From contig JAILLO010000046.1 in the NCBI GenBank assembly GCA_024693105.1, positions 479-64,478 of the forward strand: 64,000 nucleotides of DNA. Direction: 5' to 3'. This DNA is from Clostridia bacterium (lineage in GTDB: Bacteria; Bacillota; Clostridia; Peptostreptococcales; Anaerovoracaceae). Below, piece after piece: positions 1 to 9,900 of this stretch; within the stretch, counting starts at the first letter, position 1, and each line of letters starts with the position of its first letter. The notes beneath the pieces are model-generated. The model ran no database searches, was not told where the DNA came from, and saw nothing but the letters and a program-made list of their open reading frames with translations. A program made the position numbers and the translations under genes.

Positions 1-126
1 AAGCATCTTTTCTTTGGTATTAAACAGCATTCTGAACATACCGTCTTTGTAATTACGATTAACCTTCTCCTCTTTGATTTCCCTTATTTCTTCTAATTTC
101 CTGTTCCCTTTTGCCTTTTTTGACAT
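1..126 (-). CDS. N-terminal fragment (42 codons) of a gene that runs off the left edge; possibly an Rpn/PD-(D/E)XK 'putative transposase'-like protein
   Basis: Manual minus-strand translation from ATG 126-124 gives MSKKAKGNRKLEEIREIKEEKVNRNYKDGMFRMLFNTKEKML. AGGAG lies about 8 nt upstream. The family call (YKD..FR.LF N-terminus) is from memory only. Confidence 0.35.
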   Translation of the reverse strand, partial: MSKKAKGNRKLEEIREIKEEKVNRNYKDGMFRMLFNTKEKML

Positions 127-485
127 TTATTATTTCTCCTGTTCTCAAGTCATAACTGCTTTAAAAATATAACTGCCCATCTTTAGAAATACATATATTT
201 CCAACTAAGTAATTAAATTGTACATCGCAGTCATTTCGGTGTCAAGAGAAATTTTACATAAGCTTCCATTCATTCAAGTAAAAGGATTTTTCCGCTACAA
301 GGGATACGCGAGATAAGGGCTGAAATTCCCTGCAAGGAATACCGCTCTTCGAAGGTTGCCTCTGCCCTACCCCAATAAAAAACCAAAGGCCTTGGATTTT
401 TGATATGTACCCTCCTTACTGGACTTCACTTTGTCCAGGATTCTGGGTACATATCATTTTTTCCAAAACCTCTGCGTTTTCTTTT

Positions 486-776
486 TTATTTCAAATTGCC
501 GTCTGAATCCATGCTCTTTGAGTATGGATTTTTGTTTTGCGGCACGGACTTTTGCGGACTGTTTCCGAGTCTGAGTGCAAAACTCAGCATCGCAGTCACG
601 ATAAACGCCTGCAGAAACCAAATTGCAAGCGGAACAAGCGGCAACCACCATGGCCAGTCCAGAAAGAAATGTGCTGCAGCAAGTGCTGCGGCTGCAATCA
701 CCCATTCAAACCTGAATGCCATATTTATGAGCATTGATATGAGAAAGCCCTTGTCAGGCGAGGCCTTCCTTCGCAT
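486..776 (-). CDS. Small hypothetical membrane protein (96 aa, 2-3 predicted TM helices), 35 nt downstream of lexA on the same strand
   Basis: ORF 486..782. GGAGG at 788-784 sits 7 nt before the third-codon ATG (776). Hydrophobic stretches WVIAAAALAAAHFFLDWPWWLPLVPLAIWFLQAFIVTAMLSFAL. Confidence 0.5.
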   Translation of the reverse strand: MRRKASPDKGFLISMLINMAFRFEWVIAAAALAAAHFFLDWPWWLPLVPLAIWFLQAFIVTAMLSFALRLGNSPQKSVPQNKNPYSKSMDSDGNLK

Positions 777-811
777 AAACATTCCTCCAAATACAAATTC
801 AGCATTTTCAG

Positions 812-1474
812 TTAGTTGAAATATCTGAACACGCCTTTGACTTTTCCGAGGATCTTGACATCCTTGACTATAATAGGACTCATAGTCGGATTTTCAGGTT
901 GCAGTCTGATATGGTCTGCTTCGCGATAGAAAGTCTTCACGGTTGCCTCAGATTCAAAACCGTCTATCATTGCAACGACAATATCACCGTTGTTTGCCGT
1001 ATTCTGCTGCTCGACAAGAATATAATCACCGTCAAAAATACCAGCCTCAATCATGCTTTCACCGTGAACCGTAAGCATAAAATTCGTCCCGCGTCCCATG
1101 AACCTTGCAGGCAGCGGAAATGAATCCTCAATATTTTGTTCTGCGAGAATCGGTGTTCCTGCGGCTATACGTCCAATAACAGGGACATCAACAATATCAT
1201 CGCGTTCTGCCGGCTGAACCGTACCGGTTTCGCTTTCTGCTTCGGCCGGAATTTCATCCTTGTTTTCAAGAAGCATAAGTGCTCTTGGCTTGGACGGATC
1301 TTTGATAAGACAGCCTTTTTTCATAAGCGATTCGATGTCTTTGTGAACTGTAGAAGTTGATTTGATACCAAGTGCATTGCAAATCTCACGAACTGTCGGC
1401 GGATAACCTTTCAGTCTGATCTGTTCCTTCATATAGTCGATAATCTTCTGTTCTCTTTCCTTCAGTGCAACCAT
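812..1474 (-). CDS. lexA: LexA SOS repressor (winged HTH plus S24 autopeptidase)
   Basis: N-terminal HTH (PPTVREICNALGIKSTSTVHKDIESL), cleavage region (IAAG) and S24 fold (VHGESM...GDIVVA). AAGGAG lies 5 nt before ATG 1474. Confidence 0.9.
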   Translation of the reverse strand: MVALKEREQKIIDYMKEQIRLKGYPPTVREICNALGIKSTSTVHKDIESLMKKGCLIKDPSKPRALMLLENKDEIPAEAESETGTVQPAERDDIVDVPVIGRIAAGTPILAEQNIEDSFPLPARFMGRGTNFMLTVHGESMIEAGIFDGDYILVEQQNTANNGDIVVAMIDGFESEATVKTFYREADHIRLQPENPTMSPIIVKDVKILGKVKGVFRYFN

Positions 1475-1542
1475 AACGGCTCCTTTCCGAAACATTCATT
1501 CTTTAAAATTACTTGTATTTTAACATACTGCGAACAAAAAGT

Positions 1543-1605
1543 AAACATTTGTTCATGGTTTTTCCTGCTTTCGATTTGAAATCGCGAATTGCTGCACATG
1601 TGTTC
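1543..1605 (-). promoter_or_regulatory. Two candidate Gram-positive LexA (Cheo-type GAAC-N4-GTTC) operators upstream of lexA
   Basis: AAACATTTGTTC at 1543-1554 and GCACATGTGTTC at 1594-1605. Each has one mismatch to GAAC-N4-GTTC. Confidence 0.4.
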
Positions 1606-1696
1606 TAAAAAACATCATAAAAAAAGAACAGGAGCAGCATGTACCACTCCCGTCCTTATAAAAATTGTTTCTAAATCGTATTAAATTACAAGTCTC

Positions 1697-3022
1697 TTAT
1701 TTAATCATGTTGTCTACGGAATCAAGAACCTTGTCCATGATAGCCATTTCATCTCTCAGTTCCTGCTCAGTGATGATAAGAGGAGGAGCTACGATGATCA
1801 TGTTTTCATGTGAATATGTCCAGAAACCTTCTGCCTTCAGCATTCCGAGAATCTTGTTCATTGTTCCTTCAGGATCCTTGCCAAACGGAACGATTGGTTC
1901 CTTTGTAGCCTTATCCTTAACCAGTTCGATAGCTGAGAACAGACCGATATGTCTAACCTGTCCAACGCATGCATGCTTGTCTACATAGCTGTCGAGGATT
2001 TCTGCAAGAACCTTTCCTGTCTTTGCAACCTTTCCTTCGATGTCCTGCTTCTTGTATTCCTTAAGAGTTGCAACTGCAGCTGCACAACCCATTGGATGAG
2101 CGGAGTAAGTAAGACCGCAGCCGAGTGAATTGTCTTCAAAGTATTTTGCAATCTTTTCAGTTACGATAACGCCGCCGAGAGGAACATAACCGCAAGTTAC
2201 GCCCTTTGCAAATGTTACGAGGTCAGGTTCATAACCAAAGTTCTGGAATGCGAAGCACTTTCCTGTTCTGTACCAGCCTGCCATAACTTCGTCAACAACC
2301 ATAAGAATATCATACTTCTTTGTTAATTCTCTTACGCCCTTGTACCACTTTACAGGTGGAATAAGGATACCGTTTGAACCAACAACTGATTCGAGCCAGA
2401 TTGCTGCGATGCTTTCAGGTCCTTCATAAAGAATCTGGTTTTCCAGTAATTCAAGATAGAAATCAGCAACTTCGTCATCGTTTGCAAACTTGCAAGCCTT
2501 TGGTGCTCTGTAAGCATAAGGTCCGTCATACTTAACATAGCCAGGACCACCCGGTTCGTTGAAGAAGTGTCTTGGTTCTCCTGTCAGCATGCCTGCACCT
2601 GCGGATGAACCGTGATAGCATCTGTACATTGAGAAAATCTTCTGCTTCTTTGTATACTGTCTTGCAATCTTGATTGCGTTTTCATTGGATTCTGCACCTG
2701 CATTAGTGAAGAATACCTTTGCATTCTTAAGTCCGGAAGCATTAACTACAGCTTCAGCTGCATCAGCTCTGCATTCAAGAGCAAAAGCAGGTCCGATGAA
2801 AGGAACCTTTTCTGCCTGAGCCTTAATAGCATCGATGATTGCCTGGTTGTGATGCCCGAGATTTGAGTTAACAAGCTGTGAAGACATATCAGTAAACTGC
2901 TTTCCGTCTTCATCCCAGAAGTGAATTCCTTCAGCCTTGGTTACAACGATTGGGCTGATCTTAGCCTGTGCGCTCCATGAATGGAGGTTGTATTTTCTAT
3001 CTTTATCTTTAATAGCTGACAT
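1697..3022 (-). CDS. Class-III PLP-dependent aminotransferase (omega-amino acid:pyruvate / taurine:pyruvate-type)
   Basis: 441 aa. Class-III hallmarks: HGSSAG, DEVMAGWYRTGK, FAKGVT (the Schiff-base Lys context). AAGGAG lies 7 nt before ATG 3022. Confidence 0.8.
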   Translation of the reverse strand: MSAIKDKDRKYNLHSWSAQAKISPIVVTKAEGIHFWDEDGKQFTDMSSQLVNSNLGHHNQAIIDAIKAQAEKVPFIGPAFALECRADAAEAVVNASGLKNAKVFFTNAGAESNENAIKIARQYTKKQKIFSMYRCYHGSSAGAGMLTGEPRHFFNEPGGPGYVKYDGPYAYRAPKACKFANDDEVADFYLELLENQILYEGPESIAAIWLESVVGSNGILIPPVKWYKGVRELTKKYDILMVVDEVMAGWYRTGKCFAFQNFGYEPDLVTFAKGVTCGYVPLGGVIVTEKIAKYFEDNSLGCGLTYSAHPMGCAAAVATLKEYKKQDIEGKVAKTGKVLAEILDSYVDKHACVGQVRHIGLFSAIELVKDKATKEPIVPFGKDPEGTMNKILGMLKAEGFWTYSHENMIIVAPPLIITEQELRDEMAIMDKVLDSVDNMIK

Positions 3023-3066
3023 TTTTAATCTCCTTTTCGTTTTTAATAATAATAAAAACATAATGA

Positions 3067-3087
3067 GGGGGCAGGGCTGCTGCCCCC
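3067..3087 (-). terminator. GC-rich 8-bp hairpin between the aldehyde dehydrogenase and the aminotransferase (intra-operon attenuator or stabiliser)
   Basis: GGGGGCAG-ggctg-CTGCCCCC, with T-rich sequence after it on both strands. Confidence 0.35.
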
Positions 3088-3151
3088 GAAATTTTTTTGC
3101 CGTAAGCGAAATGATATTTCCGAATCATCCGCCGATTAAATCAATTGCCAA

Positions 3152-4576
3152 TTAAGCGTTAACCTTTGCAACAACCTTAGCGTCAAAGAGGTCTTCATCC
3201 TTAGGCTGGAATGAAGGAATTGGTCTTGAAACATATGTGAAGTTGAGAAGATCCTTCCAAGTAGCGTTGTGGGAAATTGAGTTGTGTCCCCAAGTTCCGC
3301 AACCAAGAGTCATGGAGATAGGGAATCCGCAAGTCCATGAACCGGAGTTTGTAAGTGACTGTGGCTGGTTTACGCAAACCTTTGTTACAGGAATTCTTTC
3401 GCCAAGAGCAGTTACTCTTTCCTTAATGGAAGTGTGGATACCGCAGCTGTGGCCCTTACCCTGGTAGTTAAGGATGTTCATCATCTTCTGAACGCCGTCT
3501 TCAAAGTCCTTGCACTTTCTTACGCCGGAGATAGGTGAAAGCTTTTCGCCTGTGAATGGGAATTCGTTGCCGTATCCTCCGTTTTCTTCTACCATGATCA
3601 TCTTTGTGCCTTCAGGAACCTTAACGCCTGCCTGTTCTGCAATGTAAGCAGCCGGCTGAGCTACGATAGCTCTGTTGAGGTCATGGTTTGCAGGTGATGC
3701 AGGCCACAGAGTCTTGAGCATCTTAGCCTTATCTTCTGTGTTTTCCTTGATAAGGTATCCGCCGGCCTTAGCCATAGCTTCCATGAACTTGTCATAGCAG
3801 TCTTCAAATACGATAATGTTGTTTTCAGTTGAGCAGGAAGTTGCGTTATCAAATGTCTTTGATCTAACGATCATTTCAGCAACCTTGTCAAGATCGGTTG
3901 TTCCGTCGATCATGGATACAACGTTACCTGTTCCAACGCCGATAGCAGGGTTTCCGGAGGAGTATGCCTGTCTAACCATTGGAGTTCCGCCTGTAGCCAG
4001 GATGAAATCTACCTGCTTCATAAGAGCCTGTGAAGTTTCTACAGATACATATTCAGGTTCAATTGCCTGTACCAGATCTGCAGGAGCGTCGAACTTAACC
4101 AGTACTTCTCTGATTGCGTTTGTTATTTCAAGGTTAACCTTTCTTGCCTTTGGATGTGGTGCAAGGATGATAGCGTTTCTTGTCTTAAGAGCCATAATGG
4201 ACTTAACAACAGGAGTAGCTTCGCCGTTAGTTACAGGGATAATAGCGCCGATAACGCCAATGGACTTAGCATACTTTTCCATTCCCATCTTTTCGTCTAC
4301 GTCACAAAGACCAACGGACTTGCCGTTCTTCATCTGGAAGTAAGCGCCCTTAATCTTTCCGTACATCTTAGCCTGCTTGTCTTTTGCAACACCCATGTGG
4401 GATTCAGCAACAAGCATTTCACCAAACTTAAGAGCTACTTCCGGCTTTGTCAGCGCGTATGCAACTGCACAAGTCAGTTCATCAACCTTTTCCTGAGTAA
4501 AGCCTTCTGCGATTTCCTGGGCAGCCTTTGCCTTTTTTACTAAGCTTGCTACATATTCTTCACTATTCATTGCCAT
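3152..4576 (-). CDS. CoA-acylating aldehyde dehydrogenase (SucD/EutE/SauS-like)
   Basis: 474 aa. ALDH fold with a catalytic Cys context (TSCSTENN) and no C-terminal ADH domain. AAGGAGG lies 7 nt before ATG 4576. Confidence 0.8.
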   Translation of the reverse strand: MAMNSEEYVASLVKKAKAAQEIAEGFTQEKVDELTCAVAYALTKPEVALKFGEMLVAESHMGVAKDKQAKMYGKIKGAYFQMKNGKSVGLCDVDEKMGMEKYAKSIGVIGAIIPVTNGEATPVVKSIMALKTRNAIILAPHPKARKVNLEITNAIREVLVKFDAPADLVQAIEPEYVSVETSQALMKQVDFILATGGTPMVRQAYSSGNPAIGVGTGNVVSMIDGTTDLDKVAEMIVRSKTFDNATSCSTENNIIVFEDCYDKFMEAMAKAGGYLIKENTEDKAKMLKTLWPASPANHDLNRAIVAQPAAYIAEQAGVKVPEGTKMIMVEENGGYGNEFPFTGEKLSPISGVRKCKDFEDGVQKMMNILNYQGKGHSCGIHTSIKERVTALGERIPVTKVCVNQPQSLTNSGSWTCGFPISMTLGCGTWGHNSISHNATWKDLLNFTYVSRPIPSFQPKDEDLFDAKVVAKVNA

Positions 4577-4652
4577 TTTTTAATCCTCCTTAGATTTAAT
4601 TAGAAACAATTATTTGTCTTTCGTTGTGATTTTCTCACACAACAATATAAAA

Positions 4653-4668
4653 TGCAATACCCGTGCCA
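4653..4668 (-). promoter_or_regulatory. Sigma-54 (-24/-12) promoter
   Basis: The minus strand reads TGGCACGGGTATTGCA, a perfect TGGCAC-N5-TTGCA. It lies about 75 nt upstream of the ALDH ATG, with the EBP gene directly upstream. Confidence 0.85.
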
Positions 4669-4825
4669 ACTTTTTTGTTTTGTTTGTTTTTTTTATTAAT
4701 TTCCTTATTTTTTCATTTGGTAATCTTAGGAAACTTGGATTTTCAACGTCTGTACTAGTTACATGTAATTAAATGTAAATTTTTGTTTCTTTTTGGTCGG
4801 GCGATGGTAGTTTTTTTAACAATAA

Positions 4826-4851
4826 AAAGCGATACATCTTTGTATCGCTTT
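4826..4851 (-). terminator. Hairpin plus T-run separating the activator transcript from the sigma-54 promoter
   Basis: AAAGCGATACA-tctt-TGTATCGCTTT, followed on the minus strand by TTTTTATT. Confidence 0.45.
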
Positions 4852-5260
4852 CTTTGTGAAAGGCTTGACACCCTCTATTTGCATTGATTTTACAACATTT
4901 TTTATTTCTGATGCATTTTTGTATCGGTGATTCATTTTCGCATCATTTTTTCTTTTTTTTAGATTGTACCTATTTGCATACAATATCCTCGTATATTTTT
5001 TGGCATTCCTTTTTTCGGTTTTGTTCTTATTTGTGAACATTGTGCAAATTAGTACGGAGTTAGCGCAAGCTTATTCGTTTTTTATGCCCGGAATTATAAA
5101 AGTTTCTTAAAATATGTATTCACAATTTTTTCAATAATTCAAACAAAATGCACATTTTCCTGATTTGGCGATTTTATTCTGACTATAAATTTCACAAACG
5201 GATTTTAAGCAAAACCGCTGCTTTTCACTGCGTCGTCCGTACGCCGTTATCCGGTTTGAT

Positions 5261-5360
5261 CTGACGGCCTCATCCGCCTTTTCCTTCTTCCGGTCGGAGG
5301 CTGACTTGAGCTGACGGCCTCATCCGCCTATTTCGTCTTCCGATCGGAGGCTGATTTGTT
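5261..5360. repeat. Tandem direct repeat, 2 x 50 bp (about 86% identical)
   Basis: CTGACGGCCTCATCCGCC...GGAGGCTGA occurs at 5261-5310 and again at 5311-5360. The repeat ends 21 nt from the activator stop codon. Confidence 0.85.
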
Positions 5361-5381
5361 AAGCCTGAAAGGACCTCCTGT

Positions 5382-6758
5382 TTACCTGTCACCGCTTTTA
5401 AGTCCGTATCTTTGCAGTTTTCTTACAACAGTCGGCTGGCTGACTTCCAGCATCTTCGCCATCGCACGCGTGGAGCTGCATTTTTTCAGCGCCTTCTCGA
5501 GAAATTCCCTTTCGGATTTTTCAAGGAATTCACTGAGTGTCATATCCTCGGTTGTTTTTTTCTGCTCCCTGCTGACGTCATGAATATATGAAGGAAGATT
5601 CTCCGATGTTATATCTTCGCCGCGTGTCGTAATTACAAGACGCTCTATGATATTCTGAAGCTCCCGGATGTTGCCCGGCCAGTTATATTTCAGCAGCACG
5701 GCCATCGCTGTCGGATCAATTCTTTTATGATCGTTGAGCTTTGCATTGTAACGTTCAAGTGAAAGCTGTATAAGCGGAACTATATCCTCTGCCCTCTCCC
5801 GCAGCGGCGGTACGTTAATCGGCACAACGTTCAGTCTGTAATAAAGGTCTTCTCTGAACTTACCCTCCTGTACAAGATTGTGAAGCTCCTTGTTAGTCGC
5901 GGAAATTATGCGGACATTAATCGGAATACTTTTAACGCCGCCTACTCTTTTAATTTCTCTCTCCTGAATAACCTGAAGAAGTGTAACCTGCAGATTGAGC
6001 GGTAATTCCGATATTTCATCAAGAAAAATAGTTCCGTTCTGCGCTTCTTCAAAAAGGCCCTTCTTGCCTTCAGCCCTTGAACCCGTAAACGCTCCGCTCT
6101 CATAACCAAACAGTTCGGATTCTATCAAACTTTCGGGTATCGCACCGCAGTTAACCTTGATGAACGGAAAATCTTTCCTGTTACCGTTCTCATGCAGCAG
6201 TTCAGCTATAACTCCCTTTCCGACGCCTGATTCACCGGTAATAAGAACCGTTGAATCAAGGTTTGCTAGCCTTTTTGTAAGCTGCATGACATTGAACATC
6301 TGCTGACTGTTTGCAACAATCCCCTTGTAAGAAAATTTTTCCGCGTCCTTCAGATCCTTAAGAGCACTTTCAACCGCCTCAAATCTGTTCTGAAGAGTCG
6401 AAAGTTCTGTAATATCTCTTGAAGTAGTAACCACCTTGCTGATTTGCCCGTTATCGTCAAGGATAGGGGTACCTGTCGAAAGGATCCTTTTTCCGTCCTT
6501 GTTTTCATGTACAATGGTAACTTCCTTCTTTTGCTCAAAAACCATCGAAGCTACCGACGGTGCGAAAATCCCCTTCTTCTCAAGTTCTGAAATATGATGT
6601 CCGCTTATATCGTTAAGAGAGATTTTAAAAAGCTCTTCGCATGCCTTGTTGCACCATAGTGAAATACCGTCTTTGTCGTCTATAAAAACAGCATCACTTA
6701 TGCTGTCGAGAATATGTATAAGTTCTTCTGCAGTTACAGAACGAAGTATCTTTTTCAT
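5382..6758 (-). CDS. Sigma-54-dependent transcriptional activator (PAS sensor, AAA+ module, Fis-type HTH)
   Basis: Walker A GESGVGKG, GAFTGS (the GAFTGA variant), and a C-terminal HTH (STRAMAKMLEVSQPTVVRKL). The start is set at MKKILRS, the 31st codon of the ORF. Confidence 0.9.
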   Translation of the reverse strand: MKKILRSVTAEELIHILDSISDAVFIDDKDGISLWCNKACEELFKISLNDISGHHISELEKKGIFAPSVASMVFEQKKEVTIVHENKDGKRILSTGTPILDDNGQISKVVTTSRDITELSTLQNRFEAVESALKDLKDAEKFSYKGIVANSQQMFNVMQLTKRLANLDSTVLITGESGVGKGVIAELLHENGNRKDFPFIKVNCGAIPESLIESELFGYESGAFTGSRAEGKKGLFEEAQNGTIFLDEISELPLNLQVTLLQVIQEREIKRVGGVKSIPINVRIISATNKELHNLVQEGKFREDLYYRLNVVPINVPPLRERAEDIVPLIQLSLERYNAKLNDHKRIDPTAMAVLLKYNWPGNIRELQNIIERLVITTRGEDITSENLPSYIHDVSREQKKTTEDMTLSEFLEKSEREFLEKALKKCSSTRAMAKMLEVSQPTVVRKLQRYGLKSGDR

Positions 6759-6874
6759 AAACAAAATCCTTTCGGCAGTCACAGGCGTAAACCCGGCATC
6801 CCCCGGCAATGAGTGCTGCCTTGTAATTTCCGGGCACCGCCATGGCAATAAAATCCTAACATCTCATTTTAACA

Positions 6875-6903
6875 CGAAAGAGCCCCTTTGCGGAGCTCTT
6901 TCG
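6875..6903 (-). terminator. 9-bp hairpin downstream of the surface-protein gene
   Basis: CGAAAGAGC-N11-GCTCTTTCG. The T-run is weak. Confidence 0.4.
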
Positions 6904-6936
6904 TTTAATAGAAGTAATTAATTACCTTTTGTTATT

Positions 6937-9900
6937 CTACAGGCTGAGTGCCTTCACTGTACGTTCAAGTAAAAGTCCGAACTGGCCTCTTGTGAGTTCA
7001 CCTGTCGGATTGAGAGTGCCGTCATCCATTCCCTGGATGATGCCCTTCTCAATTGCCCAGCAGAATGTATCCACATATTCTTCAGGAATGCTTGCAGCGT
7101 CTTTGAACTTCGCAAGAACCTCGCGGTTTGGCTTTACTGCAGCTTCACCCTTGTTAGCTTTGTATGCATCATGGAGCATTGAAAGTGTGGTCATGCGGTC
7201 GCACTTTTCCTTTGTCCCAAACTTTGCAACTGCATTATTCCAGCTTTCAGCCTTGTCTGCGCCGCCCAGTCTATCTATAACAGCCTGAACCTGAGCCTTG
7301 CCAAGAGTCATATTCTGACCGAAGTTGCCGTTGCCCACGCCTTCCATTAGGCCTCTTGATCCTGCAAAGTCTGCGCCTTCTTTGTACCATGCGCCGTCCT
7401 TGACATCGTTAAATGTAACCTTGTTGTCCACTGCAACGTAGTTTCCTGCCTCAAGGTTTGCAACAAGACCTTTGCCGTCCTCAGAAACAACGCTGGTCGG
7501 AACCGGTGTCATGGTGCCGTCTTCGTTTACCTTCATCAGGACTGTTGTATCTGTTGCTGCAGTTACAGGAACAGAAACTTCCGCCTTTTTGGTGCCTTCA
7601 GGGAAGGATACCTTGATGGCAGTAGCCTTGGTAGCGTCTTTCTCAGGCTTTACCTCAGGAACAGGAAGCGCAATCGGCTTGTTTTCAGCTGCGGCCTGCT
7701 TTGCAGCATCCTCTGAAATCTTTACATCTGCTGCCTGCTTGCCGTTTGAATCTGTAGTGATAACAGCAGTGTTACCTGCTGCGTCCTTCTTTTCTTCAGT
7801 CTTTACTATTTCTGCAGATTTATCGGTCGGAACTGCATTTGCCGGTATATCCGAAACTGCTCCACCGCCACCGCCGCCGGAGTGTCCGCCTCCGGAGTGT
7901 CCGCTACCGCCGCCTGAGCTGCTTTGAACCTGAAAGACCGCTGTCCCGCTATTGCATAAGCCAATATATTTTTGACCCTTTTTGCCACCGGCCTCGCCAG
8001 AAGCATCATAATAATCTAAAAAGGAGATATTTTTGCCCGCATAAGAGCTTAACTGCTTGTAAAGACCAGCACTGAATGGTTCTCCAAATACGCGGAAATT
8101 CATGTCCGGTGACATTACAGCAAGGGTAGCTACCTGGGGAAGAGTCTTTAAGTCTGCATAAAGTTTTGAACTGTCTTTAATTTCAAGCTTAAGATCACTG
8201 CTATCGGAACCAAGATTCATTGGCCCGTTAAAGTGTACAGAGCTTCCGGTTGCCAAAGTCAGGGATTTCAAATGGCCTTGATCACCGGTAACACAGTCAA
8301 TAGCACCGCTGACATTCTCAAATACCACATTATCAGCAATTATACTCTTTAAATCAATGGTGCCGTTTTTTATAACCAGTGTAGCCTCACCGTTTACCCA
8401 GATATCTTTAGTGCTGCCCAGCCTGTGCCCATTTAAATCAAGGATTACTTGACCGGACTGCGGGGATTCTATTTTTGTATTTTTTCCATAATAGATATCT
8501 TCACTGAGAGAAAGGACTTTGTTTCCTTCAGTATCCGAAGTAATATCATCATTTATACTTTTCAACTGAATTTCTTCAAGTGAAGCAGGGGTGCTACCGG
8601 TTTCACCTTCAAAGAATTTTCCGCATTTTGTGCAAATCCTGTAAGTGCCGTCATTAGTTGCAAGCTTTTTCGCGTCATGCTCTTCTTTCACAATCGGAAT
8701 AAAAGCACAGTCATCGCAGATAGGAAGATCTTCATTATTCCATTTAAACTTGAAGTTGCCGTCTAGCTCATAACCAAATCTGGCAGCTGAGACTGCCGGC
8801 ATAAAATACACTTTCCCGGAATCGCTTAATGAATAATCTCCTTCGCCATCAATTGCTGTACTTGTTAAAGTACTCCAGGCAATTGCATTGCCATTTTTCT
8901 GCGCCGTATAGTATGTATAAATGCCGTCCTCTACTCCATTTGAAAGCAGGACGAGGCTTCCTTCATCATTTATCCGGCAACTACCGGAATATCGAGTGCA
9001 AAGTTCTTTATAGTTTTCACCTTCGCAGGCAACTACCGGCTTTACTTCCATGGAGCCGGTTACCTTTTTCATAGGAAGATAGCCATAAAGAGTGATATCT
9101 TCCGTTATCTCCGTATCCATGTTGAATGCTTTTTTGTGAGCCTCATCTTCATACCATATAACACCAGGGAACACGGCTTGGAGATATTCAGCATCGATTT
9201 TCTCTCCCAGAGGGCAATATGTTCTCAACGGTCCCTGATGAAAGCCTACATTACAGTTTAATGTAATTGTTTTGTAAGTAGCAGCTTCTGTTTCAATATC
9301 TATGGCAGCAGATGTAGCACCGTCAGGAAGATCTCCTACGCATACAATAAATTCCTGGGAGACACCGCTACCTTCGCTATCTTCGACATCGAAAAAGTAT
9401 TGCTTACCGAAATTTGAAAGTTCCCTGTCACCTATCTTAACCGATTTAATCTGTTTCCCGGGCTTTACGACTGCATTAATTTTAACAAGATTAAAATCTC
9501 CTGCCGGAAAGCCTGTGTTAATTGCTACATCAGTGCTTCCTGCCGAATGATTATAGCTATGAGCAGATATAAATTTAATGTCCTTAATATCATCCTCATT
9601 AAAATGATTCAGCTTTAACGTAACACCGCTTTTAAAAATATAGTCTTTGTCATTTGGCAGTTTTTGGTAATCATAACCCTCACCATCAAGAGACATAATA
9701 AAGGCTGTTACGCCATAAAATCCACCGTCATGCCCTTCATCATCAGCTGCAAAATTGGAAACCACACCGCTTGATGTAGTGGCATTTACATGTACAATAT
9801 CGCGGGTTGAATAATAAAGATCTTTAACCTTCGATACGTCTGTTCCGGCCGCTATCTTAAGTTCTCCGCCTTTAAGTTCAACCTTTTTTGCTTCCAGGGA

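Noticed and set aside
130-400. A possible structured ncRNA in the 270-nt spacer (GGGCTGAAATTCCCTGCAAGG... region).
   Set aside because: I could not fold it into any family I recognise, and it shows no conserved-motif hallmarks. The evidence is not strong enough to report.
400-819. A plus-strand 139-aa ORF and other overlapping ORFs (454-705, 537-737) downstream of lexA.
   Set aside because: Only the minus-strand 486-776 frame has an SD and coherent TM helices. The others are overlapping alternatives without signals. Even the chosen ORF is only moderately supported.
4816-5040. A 74-aa, very basic minus-strand ORF in the long AT-rich spacer between the EBP gene and the sigma-54 promoter.
   Set aside because: It has no SD, its Lys/Asn/Arg-rich composition follows from AT-rich DNA, and it runs into the terminator hairpin. 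The region is more likely regulatory DNA (UAS).
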